Assembly: GCF_018350175.1 (NCBI RefSeq)
Contig: NC_058368.1
Location: forward strand, 228,844,001-228,908,000
Reading direction: 5' to 3'
Length of the DNA stretch: 64,000 nucleotides
Source: Felis catus
Lineage: Eukaryota
Positions 61,454 through 64,000 of the stretch are shown piece by piece (position 1 is the stretch's first letter; each line of letters begins with the position of its first letter). Under the pieces are notes generated by a model. That model searched no databases, was not told where the DNA came from, and was given only the letters and a program-made list of their open reading frames with translations. The position numbers and the translations under genes were made by a program.

Positions 61454-64000
61454 AGAATCTCATGTCATAGAGTGAAGCAAGCCTCTTGGTTAGGTTGTCC
61501 CTAGTGTGTGAGGTCTTAGAGCAGGCACTGGGCTAGGAGTTCCTGAACAGTTGGCAAAGCAAAGTTTTCCTCTGGGTTTAGAAGGTATTCCTGTGGCACC
61601 TTCATAGATAGAACTGCTTCTTCTTTATTTTCTTTTCCACCTGGCCCCATGAGGGGTTCTAGATTTTCCTCATGTTTCTACTATGATTGTCATTCAGGTC
61701 CCAGTACTTCACTAATAGCTTTTAAGTTCCTGGGTAGAATATGGAGAATGGAGTTATAATGATGAGTAATAATGGATTAAATGGATATATGGCTGTTTAG
61801 TGTCTGTTTAGAAATATTAACACTTCTCTTCTTGAGCATTGAAGGCTACCTGTAAAACTAGTGAAGTGATTACTTCCACAAATGAATCATAAATGCTATA
61901 CTCTTGAAAATAAGAATGGTGTAGCCATATCCCTGTTGCTGTACATGTCCTATGGGCAGTGTTATCACTGTGTCTTGAGTTTGTATAATGTAATGCTGGT
62001 GAAATATTTGCTTTCCCTAGGCTATAAGCTGTAAGAAAACAGTAGAGCCTACATTCAAACAGAAATTGCTCTGTAAATTACTTGAATATTTTAACTTGAT
62101 AGTATTCTCAGCGAAAGTCAAAATAGTTATTGTAGACTCAGCTTTGCTGATCAGAAAGACTTTAGAAAATGAAATATTAAAAAAATTTGTTCCATATAAT
62201 AAAAATAATTAAGAAACATTTGCTTGTTGGAATGAACATAAGCCAGTATTTATCACCAGGTATGCTTTTGCAAAAAACAGTCTTCAGTATATTAAAGATA
62301 AACTTCTATAAAACAGACATCATAGGGAAGAATGTAATGCTGAGAAGTATGGTTTTACTATGTGCCAAATAATAAATCCACCAGTTTCCATGCATATGTC
62401 ATACAACAGAAACTAAAAAAAAATTTCAAATTCTGTCTTCTCTTACAAATACATGTAAATTGTATTTGTGGGTTTTATATACTATGAAACTGCCAAACAG
62501 TTGATGGTGAGGATCAACTAGTCATGTCCTTGCTCAGGACAGAAGTCATGTATCAGAGGTAGTTTGCACATCCTGGAAGACGACAAAGTGTTTAGATCTG
62601 TGTATCTTGGAACAAAGTATTAATACCAATAAATAGAAAAATAAATATCAACATAAGCCACCTTGTTTATATTACATAATATCAACAATATAATTGAGCT
62701 TATATGTCATAGAGAGCATTATACAATTACTGTTGAAATTTGTAATATTATTAAGACATGATTTGTCTCCAGGTTAATAGACGTAAGGAATACTTACAGT
62801 CATCATAATTCATAAATGGTTTTGTAAAAGACCGAGGCTGAGACTTGACTGATGCTCATGTTCTAATCTTCGTCCCCTCTGGCTAGTCTCTTGTCATCTC
62901 TGGTCCTCAGTTGCTGTAATATTATTGAATTGGCATAATTGATCTCACAGATCACTCCCTCTCTAATATTGTAGGATATTGTGATTCTATAGCAATATGA
63001 TGTATGGTGAATGTTACAAGGATAGTACTTAGCAGCTATGATAAGGGGTCTGGTATTTGACTATATTAGGGTATCCTAGCAAAAAAACTTTTCTCTGCTA
63101 AAATTACAGCTCCTAGTGTTTGCACATTATTGAAGTATGCATCCTTAAAAGAAAGTGCTACATTCAGAGGGGTGGGAGAGACAGTGAACATGGCCCATTT
63201 ACCACTACCGAAGTCAAAACAGAGGATTATGCTTTTAGTGTATTAATAAGATCTCAAAGTTTGCAAGTGAGAGGAAGGACACTGGAATAGCAGACAGGTT
63301 GACAATTTATTAGCCTTTTGGCATGGGTTCAGATAAATCAAAGCATACACTGTAGAGATGATAAATTTAAACAGTCTTTTAAATAAGTGATTTAATAATG
63401 ACAAATAAATTTATAATGATAAGACATTTGCTTTACATCCCTAATCATTTGAATTGTTCAAGTGGGAAACAAACCTCAGCCTGATGTAGGAGGGGAAATT
63501 AGGAAAAATTTCCTTTTTTTTTTTAAATGTACAAATAGAGTTTCTTCCAACCATTGGAAAAACTGCAAGGTGAAACTATAGAAACTGGGATTCTTCCAGC
63601 CCCTCAAAATAAACTGAGGTCCTGAAAATGTGAAACAAAATAGTAATTTTTATAACTTCAAGGGGTTTAGGTAGCTATATTCAGTAAAATTTCTAGTCAA
63701 AATTATATGAAAAACTAAAGAAATTTGTTTTAAAGTACTCAGAACAATATGTGAAATAATAATAATGCCAAGTCAAGAACCTTCAAATCTGAATATACAG
63801 GCATTCGTAAAAATCTTCAGTCTTGGATAGAGTCGTCTCTGCAACTTTGCAATAGCTAAAGCTTAGGCCGGCAATAAGAAAATTCTTCATCAAACAGGTG
63901 TTGCTTTCAGCATTAATCAATACATAGAATAGCAAGCATAGTGAGAAGGAAGGATTGATTAATAAGAGAAATGCAAGTTCCCAATGAGGAAAATGCTTTA

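Noticed and set aside
1..64000. A novel multi-gene system, operon, CRISPR array or defence island
   Set aside because: The sequence is repeat-laden felid non-coding DNA with no credible CDS. The recurring ~200-bp repeats are dispersed SINEs, not a repeat-spacer array.

Overview
This is AT-rich mammalian nuclear DNA, almost certainly from a felid, judged from about 43 tRNA-derived CAN-SINEs of the SINEC_Fc type and felid/carnivore L1 3' ends. It looks intergenic or deep-intronic. I can support no protein-coding exon or intact gene: nearly every ORF in the track derives from SINE, L1, LTR or microsatellite sequence. The window is a layered record of transposition, with old MIR, L2, MER58 and MLT1/MLT2 relics, long degraded L1 segments, MER34-like and other ERV LTRs, and many SINEs with visible target-site duplications (TSDs). 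The clearest special features are four. (1) An intact 425-bp gammaretrovirus-type solo LTR (12462-12886) with a perfect 4-bp TSD. (2) A tailless, 3'-truncated 5S rRNA retropseudogene (22576-22665) with a 16-bp TSD. (3) An L1 insertion apparently carrying a 3' transduction (57350-57863). (4) An L1 with a twin-priming 5' inversion (15986-17744). Several repeat-free islands hold candidate splice sites or transcription-factor motifs, and these remain unproven. I found no evidence of a new multi-gene system. Repeat family names come from recalled consensus sequences, not a database search, and most boundaries are approximate.
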